Positions 18,253-28,378 of a DNA stretch of 64,000 bases are shown here, piece by piece; position 1 is the first letter of the stretch; each line of letters opens with the position of its first letter. The position numbers were made by a program, and so were the translations under genes. The notes beneath the pieces are model-generated. The model saw nothing but the letters and a program-made list of their open reading frames with translations. It was not told the DNA's origin and did no database searches. The stretch comes from Candidatus Latescibacterota bacterium (GTDB lineage: Bacteria; Latescibacterota; UBA2968). The stretch spans positions 4,448,001-4,512,000 of the forward strand of contig OZ242010.1 in NCBI GenBank assembly GCA_965204745.1, written 5' to 3'.

Positions 18253-19206
18253 CTATTCAGCAACGCGGGGCAACACCACAAAACCCAGCGAATCCACGGA
18301 CGCGGATCCAAAAAGCCCGATGCCGCCTTCGATGTGAAACAGGGGCCGCTCAAAATTGTCGCCTGCCAGGCCGCCGGGCTGAAAGAAGTTGTCATCATCG
18401 TCTTGAAAAAACTCGGGCACAGAGCGGAGCAGGTCAAACCAATTTTTGTCAACCGCATAAACGCGGAGCATGTGCCGCCCGGCAAATCCCACGATAAACC
18501 AGGGCATCCGCAAATTGCCATCTGCGGCTTCCAATGCGGGCGAACCGCCGTAGCGGTCGATATCCCCTTCTTCAAACAAATCGGAATCGACCAAATAATC
18601 CGATCCTCGGTCCAGGCTTGCTATCGAGATCTGGTAGCCGCCTGCGAGAATAGGATCGAAGCGCAACTCCAAAAGCCCGAATTGGTAGGGCACTTGGTTT
18701 TCGGGCGCGCTGAACACGCCGCCGTCTTCAAATTTTTTTAATTCGCGGAGCACCTCGAAGGTCGCATCGTCCAACAACACGGCCTCTCGAATGTCCAAGC
18801 GGTCGGGCGTGTGGGTCTGCGCGCTAGCCTCTCGGCCTTGGGATTGCACGCGCAACTCATACACCGCATTCGGCAAAACGCGCGGCGCGGCGGGCGGCGG
18901 CATGTACCACCCCGGCCACTCTGGGTCGGTGCTGTACAAAAACCGCTGGTCGCCCTGCGCGATTGTGACCTCGGCATCGGTCACGGCGGATTCGTTGTAG
19001 CGCGCCGCTATATCCCACCAATTCTCCGATGGCGCGAGGGTCGTGGTCTGCGTGATGAGCAACTCGGGCAGGGGGCGATCGACGATCAGCACCGCATCCA
19101 CGACCAGCATGCCCGAAGCATCCGGGCCGTACAGACTCGATGGACTGCGCTCGGCCTTGCACCCGGCCAGCGCGATCAGGCATCCAAAAATAAAGAGCGT
19201 TTTCAT
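18253..19206 (-). CDS. DUF4249-like lipoprotein associated with a TonB receptor
   Basis: Lipobox LAGC; C-terminal IEGGIGLFGSAS; follows the TBDR. Confidence 0.8.
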   Translation of the reverse strand: MKTLFIFGCLIALAGCKAERSPSSLYGPDASGMLVVDAVLIVDRPLPELLITQTTTLAPSENWWDIAARYNESAVTDAEVTIAQGDQRFLYSTDPEWPGWYMPPPAAPRVLPNAVYELRVQSQGREASAQTHTPDRLDIREAVLLDDATFEVLRELKKFEDGGVFSAPENQVPYQFGLLELRFDPILAGGYQISIASLDRGSDYLVDSDLFEEGDIDRYGGSPALEAADGNLRMPWFIVGFAGRHMLRVYAVDKNWFDLLRSVPEFFQDDDDNFFQPGGLAGDNFERPLFHIEGGIGLFGSASVDSLGFVVLPRVAE

Positions 19207-19352
19207 GGTATTTTCCCACAATGACAGGTTACGCGAACCCCTTGTATCTTCGGGCGAGCACAGGGGCATCGCCCCTACGATCTCCCGTCTTACCTCTCCC
19301 GTCTTACCTCTCCCGCCTCTGATTTTCCCGCAATGACAAGTTACGCGAACCG

Positions 19353-21578
19353 CTAAAAATTAAAATTGATCCCCAGCGTGGGAACGATGGGCAACATCCT
19401 GACCACGTCTGGCTCGTTATCATCAAAAACCACAAACCACTCATTGCGCCGGTTGAACGCATTGAACACCTGAACGTAAATTTCGGCGTTCGCGCCAAAT
19501 GCGCGGAACCTTCGCTTCACGCTCAAATCCAACCGCTGGTAGGGCAACAAGCGACCGCTGTTGCGATCCGCGGGCAGGGTCAGGTCTTCGACTTGCCAAG
19601 AAAACACGGGCGAGCGCAAGAGGTAGCGCGCAGACGCGGGGGTAAACGCCTGCCCCGTACCGTAGAGATAATTTGCCCCAAATGACCACTTGCCCACGCG
19701 ATACTGCATCACAAAAGACACATCGTGGCGGCGGTCGTATTTGGGCGGAAACGCCTTGCCCAGATTGAGTTCGGCAAAGGTGCGCCGCGTCCAACCCAGA
19801 GTATAGCCGATCCACCCGGTCAGCCGGCCCGTGCGCCGCTGGAGAAAAACCTCGATGCCGGTCGCGTACCCAGTCCCGCCGGTCACAAAGGTTTCCTCGG
19901 ACGTCGTGGCATCGCTGTCGGCGGCGACGCGATTGTCCAGCACCACCAAATTCGCCAGATCCGTATAATACGCTTCCACCGTGCCCTGATAGCGTTCGGA
20001 TGGTTCCCACTCGATCCCCAAGACGCCTTGCCATGACCGGCCAGGATCCACGGTTTCGTCCAGCGGCACCCAGAAATCCCAGCCGCTAAATGCCTCGGTG
20101 GTCACCCATTGCAAATACTGGTGAAACGCCCCACCCGCGGCTTTCCACCGGTAATTGCCCGTGCGATAGCTCATCGACAAGCGCGGCTCGAGCTGAATGC
20201 GGGCTCCCTCGCTGAAGTAATTGCCGCGCACCCCCAACCGAATATCGGTCGCAGTGCCCGGCTGATAGTGGTCTTGCATGTAGAGCGACAGCAAATTGGG
20301 TTTTTCGCGCAGGTCGAGTTGATTTTCCAGATTGAATTGCTGATTAAATTCAAAATCGTAGCGCGTCGCCAACAGGCCCCCGCTGAGGGCGTGATCGCGC
20401 GATGCAAACCAATCGAGGTCTGCCTTGAGCGTGTAATCGCGGATGCTATTGAAAAACAAAATGCGCGTATCGAGGATATCCAGATCGGTTTTGCTGAAGT
20501 AATAGCTGCTCGCCGCGACAAAACTGCCGAACAGCGCGGGCGAAAATACGTGCGTGTACTTGCCCAAAAACGCCGTATTGCCCCAGCGAATGCCGAAAAA
20601 AGCCTCGGGGTCAACATCGAACGTCAAATCGTCTCGGCCAAAATAGCCGCTGACTTGCACCTTGTCATCGTCCGAAAAATCCCGATTGAGCTTGGCGTTC
20701 AAATCGTAAAAATAGTACGCGGGCACCTCCGTCTCTTCGTTGCGGATCAACGACAAAATCGGGTCGATATACGTGCGCCTGCCCGACACCATCCACGATC
20801 CCTTGTCGATCGGGCCTTCGAGCGTCAATCGCGCTGAAATAATGCTCACCCCGCCGCTGGCCTCAAAGCCCTTGCGATTGCCGTCCTTGTTGTGGACGTC
20901 GAGCACGGAGCCCAAGCGACCGCCGTATTGCGCGGGGTACGCGCCTTTGTGCAAACTCATGTCCCGAATGGCATCCGGGTTAAACGTGGAAAAAAATCCA
21001 AATGCGTGGGACGGGTTGTAAAGCGGCATTTGATCCAAGAGGATCAGGGTTTGATCCGGGCCGCCGCCGCGGATGTACAGCCCGGAACTGATATCCGACG
21101 CGGCTTGAATGCCGGGCAAGAGGTGGAGGGACCGCAAAATATCCGTCTCGCCAATGGCGGGCATCTCGCGGATTTGCGCGGTCTCGATTTCGACGAATCC
21201 CGGCTGAATGCGCTGTTCTTCCTCCTCGCGCTTGGCCTCCACCACGATCTCTTGCACCGCGATGGGTTCGGGTTGGAGTTGCACGTCGAGCCGCCGCGTT
21301 TCCCCTACGCGCAGGGCGAGCGTGTCCTGAAAACCGATGTACCCGATGTAAGAGATGGTCAACACATACTCGGTCTCTGCGGGGATGCCCCGAATGGCGT
21401 AGTACCCATCGACATTGCTCAGCGTGCCGATGGGGTCGCCTGGTCCTTTTAAGATCACACTCGCATAAGGCAGGGACTCGCCATTGCTTTGATCCGCGAC
21501 GAACCCGCTCAAGGTCGCGGCCCGAACAGACTGCGGCAAGATCGCCAGCAGCACCAAAATTTTCAAATAACTCCTCAC
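19353..21578 (-). CDS. TonB-dependent receptor
   Basis: Signal peptide, carboxypeptidase-regulatory-like N-domain, plug YIRGGGPDQTLILLD, terminal F. Confidence 0.93.
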   Translation of the reverse strand: MRSYLKILVLLAILPQSVRAATLSGFVADQSNGESLPYASVILKGPGDPIGTLSNVDGYYAIRGIPAETEYVLTISYIGYIGFQDTLALRVGETRRLDVQLQPEPIAVQEIVVEAKREEEEQRIQPGFVEIETAQIREMPAIGETDILRSLHLLPGIQAASDISSGLYIRGGGPDQTLILLDQMPLYNPSHAFGFFSTFNPDAIRDMSLHKGAYPAQYGGRLGSVLDVHNKDGNRKGFEASGGVSIISARLTLEGPIDKGSWMVSGRRTYIDPILSLIRNEETEVPAYYFYDLNAKLNRDFSDDDKVQVSGYFGRDDLTFDVDPEAFFGIRWGNTAFLGKYTHVFSPALFGSFVAASSYYFSKTDLDILDTRILFFNSIRDYTLKADLDWFASRDHALSGGLLATRYDFEFNQQFNLENQLDLREKPNLLSLYMQDHYQPGTATDIRLGVRGNYFSEGARIQLEPRLSMSYRTGNYRWKAAGGAFHQYLQWVTTEAFSGWDFWVPLDETVDPGRSWQGVLGIEWEPSERYQGTVEAYYTDLANLVVLDNRVAADSDATTSEETFVTGGTGYATGIEVFLQRRTGRLTGWIGYTLGWTRRTFAELNLGKAFPPKYDRRHDVSFVMQYRVGKWSFGANYLYGTGQAFTPASARYLLRSPVFSWQVEDLTLPADRNSGRLLPYQRLDLSVKRRFRAFGANAEIYVQVFNAFNRRNEWFVVFDDNEPDVVRMLPIVPTLGINFNF

Positions 21579-21589
21579 CCCATGCTCCT

Positions 21590-22027
21590 TTACGTCGTTC
21601 CGCGCCCCGCAACGGCCCGGGCGCGATCTTGAATGCGCCTGAGGATCGACTGCATCCGGTTCCTGTCGTCATTTGAAAGCCCGTCATTGCGCCATGGATC
21701 CTCGCTGTCTTTTTTCTGTTTGGTCATCTGCACATTGACCTGATAAGATTGAAAATCGATCACCACCGATATGCGCGTGCGCCGCGAGATATTCAAAAAC
21801 GCCTGACTGGCAAAACTCGATTCATCGCGCCATTCCGTCGTGACCAATCCCGCGACGTGATCGGCCGTCGCGATGGTATAACCCTCTTCGGTCAAAATGG
21901 CCACGGTGGCATTGACAAACGCTTCGGGCGCGATTTTTTCAACGCCCCCCGTAAGCGTGGTCGGATCGACCACATCGCACCCCAGTGCCAAACCCATCAC
22001 CATCACCATCAAAACGCGCTTCATCAT
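21590..22027 (-). CDS. Hypothetical lipoprotein
   Basis: AGGAGG RBS; lipobox ALGC. Confidence 0.75.
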   Translation of the reverse strand: MMKRVLMVMVMGLALGCDVVDPTTLTGGVEKIAPEAFVNATVAILTEEGYTIATADHVAGLVTTEWRDESSFASQAFLNISRRTRISVVIDFQSYQVNVQMTKQKKDSEDPWRNDGLSNDDRNRMQSILRRIQDRARAVAGRGTT

Positions 22028-22539
22028 GACCCTCCTGCTAAAAGTTTTAGACGCCCCCGAAAACACCATCCTCTCCGCAGCTACAAATTGCAATTTCCGT
22101 GCCAAGCGAACCCATCTCAAACAAAAAATCACAATGTCATTATTTTTCACAACTTACAAAAATACGCCCAGTCGTGATTTGAAAAACCAATGTAGCAAAA
22201 ATTCACACTGTGCGTCAAGAACACAAAGGAGGGGGGAAGAAGGGAGGCAGGTGCTGAAGTGATGTTATTCAGTCAGGGAGATGGGATTTTAGCCACGAGC
22301 GGGGTACAACTGGCGACAGCCTTTCAGTGTGAGCATGAGATATGTCCTTTCCCATCAACGAAGTACGTCGGGTTTTGGGGCCGTTGGGCGGGGACTGACT
22401 ACTGACCACTGACCCCTGACTACTGACTACTTGGTGGCGTGCGTCCTTTCCACAAAATTCTGTTGGTCACGCGCCGGGTTTTGTGCATGATAGGACGCGA
22501 GTTTTTGTCGTCAAGTACATTCAACAAGAGGAGTGCAGG

Positions 22540-23583
22540 ATGCCAAATCAAAAAGTTCGCGCGTGCGTCGTGGGAATGGGCATTGGCAAGCCCAATGGCC
22601 GCGCCCTTGCCGCGAATGCGCGGTGCGAGGTCGTGGCGTTGTGCGATTTGTTGCCGGAGCGGATGGAGGAATTCGCCCGCGAGTTGCCCGGGGAGCAGAG
22701 GTTTTACACCGATTACAAAGCCATGTGCAAGGCTCCGGATATCGACGCGGTTTTTGTGGGCACGCCCAATCAGTGGCATGTGCCCATCGCGCTCGAGGTG
22801 GTTCGCAATGACAAGCATGTGATGGTGACCAAGCCCTTGGCGGATTCCGAGGAGGCGGCAAAGCAACTCGTGGCGGTCGCCGAGGCCGCGGGCGTGGTCA
22901 ATATGATGTCGCTTTCGACCCGGTTTTCCGAGCCGTGCCAGTACTTGGGCGATCTCGCACGCAAGGGTTATTTTGGCGATCTGTACTACGGCCGTGCGCG
23001 CAGTGTGCGCCGAAGCGGCATTCCCGCGTGGAATCTCGGGTTTATCCAAAAGGGCGGGGGCGCGTTCCGGGATATGGGCGTGCATGTGCTCGACGCGGTG
23101 TGGTACTTGCTCGGCATGCCCAAGCCCGTTGCGGTGACAGGGGTGTGCGGCGCGAAGTTCGGCCCGCGTGGCCGGGGCTATTGGGGTTTTCGGGAGGTGC
23201 CACAGAGCACGTACGAGCAATACGCTGCGGACGATTACGCCGGCGGCTTTATCCGCTTTGAAAATGGCGCGGGCCTTCAGGTCGAGAGTTTCTGGGCGTC
23301 TCACCAGCCCAATGAGTTGCAGATCGAATTGTTCGGGGACGAGGCCGGCGCGCAGTTCCGCCCGCTCAAGTTGTTCAAGACCCAAGACGGGGTGCCGCAC
23401 GATATCGATGTGGATATTCCGCGCCCAACCAAAGCGTGGGATCGCATTGCCGGGCACTTTATCGACTGCATCTTGGACAACGCGCCTTGCGAAGCCCCCC
23501 TGCGCCACGGGTACCAAGTGCAACAAATGATGGAAGCCCTGCTCAAAAGCGGCGAAACCGGGCAGGAAATTCGCATTGCGTAA
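22540..23583 (+). CDS. Gfo/Idh/MocA oxidoreductase
   Basis: VVGMGIG, GTPNQWH, KPLA, GGGAFRDMGVHVLD. Confidence 0.93.
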   Translation: MPNQKVRACVVGMGIGKPNGRALAANARCEVVALCDLLPERMEEFARELPGEQRFYTDYKAMCKAPDIDAVFVGTPNQWHVPIALEVVRNDKHVMVTKPLADSEEAAKQLVAVAEAAGVVNMMSLSTRFSEPCQYLGDLARKGYFGDLYYGRARSVRRSGIPAWNLGFIQKGGGAFRDMGVHVLDAVWYLLGMPKPVAVTGVCGAKFGPRGRGYWGFREVPQSTYEQYAADDYAGGFIRFENGAGLQVESFWASHQPNELQIELFGDEAGAQFRPLKLFKTQDGVPHDIDVDIPRPTKAWDRIAGHFIDCILDNAPCEAPLRHGYQVQQMMEALLKSGETGQEIRIA

Positions 23584-23792
23584 CATCCGTTATTTGACCG
23601 CCCGTAAGTCCCCCCTGTTCAACGGGGGATATGGGCTTCTGATAGGCTTTAAGCCTTGCCAACTTTTTTTTGGAAACTTTTGTCTTTCCCTGTCGTCAAA
23701 GCAGTGTCAACAAAAGGACAATGCTATTTTTGTTTCTTTGTTATGACCCGTCTGCGGGAAGCGGATGCACTTTCGAAAAAGGAGGAATCACC

Positions 23793-24923
23793 ATGAACAA
23801 GGCGGAGTTGGAGAAAGTAGCAGGCATTACTCCTGCCGAACAGACTGACGATGCCATCGAGGGTCTTGGCGACAAGGATGACGCCTCGTGGGAAGACTAT
23901 CCAATAGATACGCTGTTGATCCGGAATGAGAATCGCACGGTTTTCGACGTTCTGCGAAGGATCAAGCAGGACAATTACATCATGGATCCGGAATTTCAAA
24001 GAGATTTTATCTGGCCCAAAGACAAGCAGAGCAAACTCATCGAGTCTGTGCTGATGCGGATTCCCCTGCCGGTTTTCTATTTGGCGGAGGACTCCCAAGG
24101 GCGAATGGTGGTCGTAGATGGATTGCAGCGGCTTTCGACGTTCAAGCGTTTTGTTGCTGGCGAGTTGCGCTTGTCGCTTCCAGGCCAAGATGAACTGCAC
24201 AAAAAGCGATTCGACGATCTATCGCCCAAGCTAAAAAACCGTATTGAAGATTGCAATTTGATCTTCTACATTATGGATGCCAAGGTGCCAGATCGGGCCC
24301 GTTTGGACATATTCGAGCGCGTAAATGGCGGCGTCCCCCTCACCCGTCAGCAGATGCGTAATAGCTTGTACATGGGCGAGGCGACCCGTTTTCTCAAGAC
24401 CGAGTCGTGGACAGAAATTTTTTCTCGTGCAACAGGGGGTAGCCTGAATAAGGATACGATGCGAGACCGCGAATTTGTCAACCGGTTTTGTGCGTTCCAC
24501 CTTCTCGACCTCGATGAATACAAGGGAAATATGGACGATTTCCTCGCACAAGTGCTGACGAAAATGAACACTCTGGAACCAAAAGCCCTGGAGCAACTGT
24601 CAAAAAAATTTCGGCGATGTCTTGCAAACAACTACAAAGTCTTCGACAGACATGCTTTCAGAAAGCACAGCAAAGGACAGGAAAAACGAGGTGTGCTCAA
24701 TGCTTCGCTTTGGGATGTGATGTCAACCGGATTGTCGCATTATCCAGAAAAGGTGGTTGAAGCCCATGCGAATGCCCTCAGAAACGCTTTCTACCCGTTG
24801 ATGGACGACGCGGAGTTCGTGTCATCCATCACTTATGGCCCTAGTGGTACGCGGAAAGTTCGGCACCGGTTTCACATTGCCGGTGAGATGTTCAAGGAGG
24901 TGTTCGGTGCTTACTCAGATTGA
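23793..24923 (+). CDS. nsnA: DUF262 (ParB-like) protein, Menshen NsnA-like
   Basis: PEFQRDFIW, VVDGLQRL, FERVNGG; followed by a DUF3696-type ATPase. Confidence 0.8.
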   Translation: MNKAELEKVAGITPAEQTDDAIEGLGDKDDASWEDYPIDTLLIRNENRTVFDVLRRIKQDNYIMDPEFQRDFIWPKDKQSKLIESVLMRIPLPVFYLAEDSQGRMVVVDGLQRLSTFKRFVAGELRLSLPGQDELHKKRFDDLSPKLKNRIEDCNLIFYIMDAKVPDRARLDIFERVNGGVPLTRQQMRNSLYMGEATRFLKTESWTEIFSRATGGSLNKDTMRDREFVNRFCAFHLLDLDEYKGNMDDFLAQVLTKMNTLEPKALEQLSKKFRRCLANNYKVFDRHAFRKHSKGQEKRGVLNASLWDVMSTGLSHYPEKVVEAHANALRNAFYPLMDDAEFVSSITYGPSGTRKVRHRFHIAGEMFKEVFGAYSD

Positions 24924-26034
24924 CTTGCGGTACTTTAAGTGCTTTGAATTGTTGCATCTTCCCTTGCGTCCGCTGACGTTATTATCCGGCCCTAATGCTT
25001 CGGGCAAATCCTCCGTGCTTCAGTCGCTGGCGTTGTTGCACCAGACGATGCGCGAACACGAATGGTCAACGCGCCTTATGCTTAACGGAATGGCTGTTCG
25101 GCTTGGGACGGTGTTGGATATCGTGGATAAAGTGCACAGTCAGCATACGTGTGAGATTGGGCTGATCGATGAAGACACAGCGTATCATTGGACATTCACG
25201 GGCGAGCGAGGGGAGATGTCCATGGCAGTTGAGCGCGTGGCTAAAGGTGATGATGTATTGGACAATCCGGAGCAACTTCGCTACTTGCTTCCACCCGACA
25301 TTCCCCTTCCGCTGGCCGAGCGCGTGCGGGATCTCACCTATCTCACGGCGGAGAGAATAGGCCCCCGAGAGATTTACGACATTGAAGACCCGCAGATTGC
25401 ACCGGTCGTGGGCCCGGCTGGTGAACACGCGGTGAGCATGTTGGATTCCGGACGCGACGAATACGTCCGTGATGAACTCGTATTGCCCGATGTGCCTGCC
25501 ACACGTCTGCGACAAGTAGAGGCGAGGATGCGTACCTTTTTCCCAGGCTGTGGTTTGACTGTGCAACAAGTGCCTCAAGTGAATGCCGTGACATTGGGGC
25601 TTCGCACATCCGACGATGTGGATTTCCATCGTCCCATTCATGTAGGATTTGGAATCACGCAGATTTTGCCCATTGTTATTGCATCGCTGTCGGCGCGTCG
25701 AGATGATCTTTTGCTGATCGAAAACCCCGAAGTTCACCTCCATCCGGCCGGGCAAGCATTGATGGGACAGTTTCTAGCAGAGGTCGCACGAGCAGGTGTT
25801 CAGGTCATTTTGGAAACGCACAGCGATCACGTCTTGAATGGCATCCGGCGTGCTGTCAAGGCGGAACAACTACCGGCAGAGCAAGTGTCGCTTCACTTTT
25901 TTAGGCCGCGGTCCGTTGATGGCGTGCAGGTGCTAAGTCCCATTTTAGATAATACGGGTAATATCGACGCGTGGCCGGACGGTTTCTTCGACCAGTTTGA
26001 TAAAGACATGAACCATTTCGCGGGATGGGACTAA
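24907..26034 (+). CDS. nsnB: ABC/AAA-type ATPase with DUF3696-like C-terminus, Menshen NsnB-like
   Basis: GPNASGKS Walker A, IENPEVHLHP, ETHSDH, WPDGFFDQ. Confidence 0.85.
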   Translation: MLTQIDLRYFKCFELLHLPLRPLTLLSGPNASGKSSVLQSLALLHQTMREHEWSTRLMLNGMAVRLGTVLDIVDKVHSQHTCEIGLIDEDTAYHWTFTGERGEMSMAVERVAKGDDVLDNPEQLRYLLPPDIPLPLAERVRDLTYLTAERIGPREIYDIEDPQIAPVVGPAGEHAVSMLDSGRDEYVRDELVLPDVPATRLRQVEARMRTFFPGCGLTVQQVPQVNAVTLGLRTSDDVDFHRPIHVGFGITQILPIVIASLSARRDDLLLIENPEVHLHPAGQALMGQFLAEVARAGVQVILETHSDHVLNGIRRAVKAEQLPAEQVSLHFFRPRSVDGVQVLSPILDNTGNIDAWPDGFFDQFDKDMNHFAGWD

Positions 26035-26993
26035 CAGTGGCACTCCTTACAAACGATCTTTCAATCCACGGGCAATTTTCCGATCTGCACATGTTCCGAG
26101 ACGCGCTTAGGCGGCTCATGGCGATCCGAAATGTCGCCAAGAAGTACGGGCGCGAGGTTCATTGTCACAGAAATATGGATGGCGTTGAGGTTATGCCTAA
26201 AGTCTATATGCGACAAGCGATCCAAAGCCTAACCCAAGATGAACGACGGGTCGTGATGCAGTGGATAACGCAACTTGGTCCGTTTTGGGATGATGAGCGC
26301 GTTCATAGCCCTGATGATTGGCTCGAATGCAATGGAGAAATCGTTACGGAGACTGCTGTCGGAGAAGCGGCATATCGCTGTTGGAATGGGATTGAAACCC
26401 ATCTCGTGAGTCTGACTCCATCGTCGTGGGATTTTTCTCCCGTTGTCGTGAAGTGGTTGAGAAATGAGACTGTGTTCAGGCAGAATGAAGTTGTCAATTA
26501 CCGAACTGCTAATGAACTGAAAATCGCTCTCGAGATTGCTCCTGTCGAGTTCGCATCGTGGAAAGCCTTGGCAGACGAGGCGAGGGTTCGTTGCGAGCAC
26601 TTGACATTTTCCACACACTGCTTTGACCCACTCAATAGATATCCTTTCGCGCTTACTGTCGCACAAAATATACTCCGTCGTCTTGAGATATTGGAGCGGT
26701 TAAAGTGCTGCTTTGATGCAGAGGGAAAACGTACCCCTGAGGGACGCGAACTCTATCGGGATCACTTCGCCGGAGAACGAGCGTGGTTTTCCGACTCGTC
26801 GAGCACAGAGAAGAGCGATTTCCAAAAGAAACTGACCTTTCCGAATCCAACTGGCGGCGGTAAGCCGTTGTTTTGTCCATGGCACGGAAAGGTGAACAAT
26901 ACTCCCCCAATCCGCATTCATTTTTCATGGCCCATAACAGCAGATGAGCCACTTTATGTTGTGTATGTAGGGCCGAAAATTACGCGGCGTTAG
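26025..26993 (+). CDS. Putative effector, NsnC position
   Basis: Overlaps the ATPase gene; lower GC; C-terminal WHGK...RIHF...VVYVGPK suggests a RelE-like fold (inference). Confidence 0.65.
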   Translation: MGLTVALLTNDLSIHGQFSDLHMFRDALRRLMAIRNVAKKYGREVHCHRNMDGVEVMPKVYMRQAIQSLTQDERRVVMQWITQLGPFWDDERVHSPDDWLECNGEIVTETAVGEAAYRCWNGIETHLVSLTPSSWDFSPVVVKWLRNETVFRQNEVVNYRTANELKIALEIAPVEFASWKALADEARVRCEHLTFSTHCFDPLNRYPFALTVAQNILRRLEILERLKCCFDAEGKRTPEGRELYRDHFAGERAWFSDSSSTEKSDFQKKLTFPNPTGGGKPLFCPWHGKVNNTPPIRIHFSWPITADEPLYVVYVGPKITRR

Positions 26994-27197
26994 CAGCGCG
27001 TTTTTTATTTTTAAAGAGGTTGTGTATGTAGGGCCGAAAATTACGCGGCGTTAGCAGCGCGTTTTTCATTTTTAAAGAGGTTGTGTATGTAGGGCCGAAA
27101 ATTACGCGGCGTTAGCAGCGCGTTTTTTATTTTTAAAGAGGTTGTGTATGTAGGGCCGAAAATTACGCGGCGTTAGCAGCGCGTTTTTCATTTTTTA
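26958..27197 (+). repeat. 61-bp tandem repeat x4
   Basis: Units start at 26958, 27019, 27080, 27141: GTTGTGTATGTAGGGCCGAAAATTACGCGGCGTTAGCAGCGCGTTTTT(T/C)ATTTTTAAAGAG. Confidence 0.95.
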
Positions 27198-27208
27198 GGA
27201 GATTGTCC

Positions 27209-28258
27209 ATGGAGTTGTTGAAGGAATTGTGCGAATGTTCGGGGGTGCCCGGGCGCGAGGGGCGGTTGCGGGAGATCGTGCGGCGGGAACTCGAGCCGAT
27301 CACAGGCGAATTGCGCGTGGATGGGATGGGCAATTTGATTGCGAAGCAGGAGGCGAGCGCGGGTGAGAATCCCAAAAAGCTGATGCTGGCCGCGCACCTG
27401 GATGAGATCGGTTTTGTGGTGTCGCACATCGACAAGCGGGGATTTTTGCGCCTGGTGCCGTTGGGCGGGCACGATCCGCGCAATATGGTGGCGCAACGGG
27501 TGACGGTTGCCGGCGCGCAACGGGATTACACCGGGTTGCTCTATCCGGGGGTGAAGCCGCCGCATATCCAGACGGATGCGGATCGCAATAAGAAGTTGCG
27601 CGTGGAAGATTTTGTAGTGGATTTGTACATGCCTGCCGATGAGGTCAAAAAGGAGATCGAACTCGGCGCGATGGTGACGTTGCAACGCGCATTTGCCGAG
27701 ATCGGCAATGGGGTGAATTGCAAGGCGATAGACAATCGCTTGGCGGTGTACGTGATGATCGAGGCGATGAAGCGGGCAGAGTCGTTTGCGTTTGAGACGT
27801 ATCCGGTGGCGACCGTGCAGGAAGAGGTCGGATTGCGCGGCGCGGTGGCGAGTGCTTTTGGGGTGGATCCAGATGTGGGCGTGGCGTTGGATATTACGCT
27901 GGCCGCGGATATGCCGGGGGTGCCCGCGCACGAACAGGTGACGCGCTTGGGAGACGGGACCGCGATTAAAATTCAGGATTCGAGTTCGATTTCCCACCCG
28001 GGATTGGTGGCGCACATGAAGGCCCTGGCAGAAGCACGCGAGATCAAGTACCAGATGGAGATTTTGCCTCGGGGCGGCACAGACGCAGGGGGCATCCAGC
28101 GCGTTCGGGCCGGGGTGCCCGCGATTACGCTGTCCATTCCCACGCGGTATGTGCATACGTCGATTGAATTGGCGGACAAGGACGATATCGAGGCGTCGAT
28201 CCAATTGCTGACCGCTTTTCTGGAAGAGGGAGATCGCGCGGATTTGGATTTTGTGTAG
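27209..28258 (+). CDS. M42 family metallo-aminopeptidase
   Basis: AAHLDEIG, KAIDNR, VQEEVGLRGA, GGTDAG, PTRYVH. Confidence 0.95.
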   Translation: MELLKELCECSGVPGREGRLREIVRRELEPITGELRVDGMGNLIAKQEASAGENPKKLMLAAHLDEIGFVVSHIDKRGFLRLVPLGGHDPRNMVAQRVTVAGAQRDYTGLLYPGVKPPHIQTDADRNKKLRVEDFVVDLYMPADEVKKEIELGAMVTLQRAFAEIGNGVNCKAIDNRLAVYVMIEAMKRAESFAFETYPVATVQEEVGLRGAVASAFGVDPDVGVALDITLAADMPGVPAHEQVTRLGDGTAIKIQDSSSISHPGLVAHMKALAEAREIKYQMEILPRGGTDAGGIQRVRAGVPAITLSIPTRYVHTSIELADKDDIEASIQLLTAFLEEGDRADLDFV

Positions 28259-28378
28259 ATGGGAGTTTCACCACGCACGGACGGGCAGATGAGGTGAGGA
28301 ACGCACACGGGGCGGCGGTGGAGAGATGGGGCACGCACGGGGGACGGGCGGATGGGTGGATAACAGGAGACTTAAACC

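Noticed and set aside
26958-27197. 61-bp periodic repeat as a CRISPR array
   Set aside because: Units are wholly repeated with no unique spacers, and there are no cas genes in the window.
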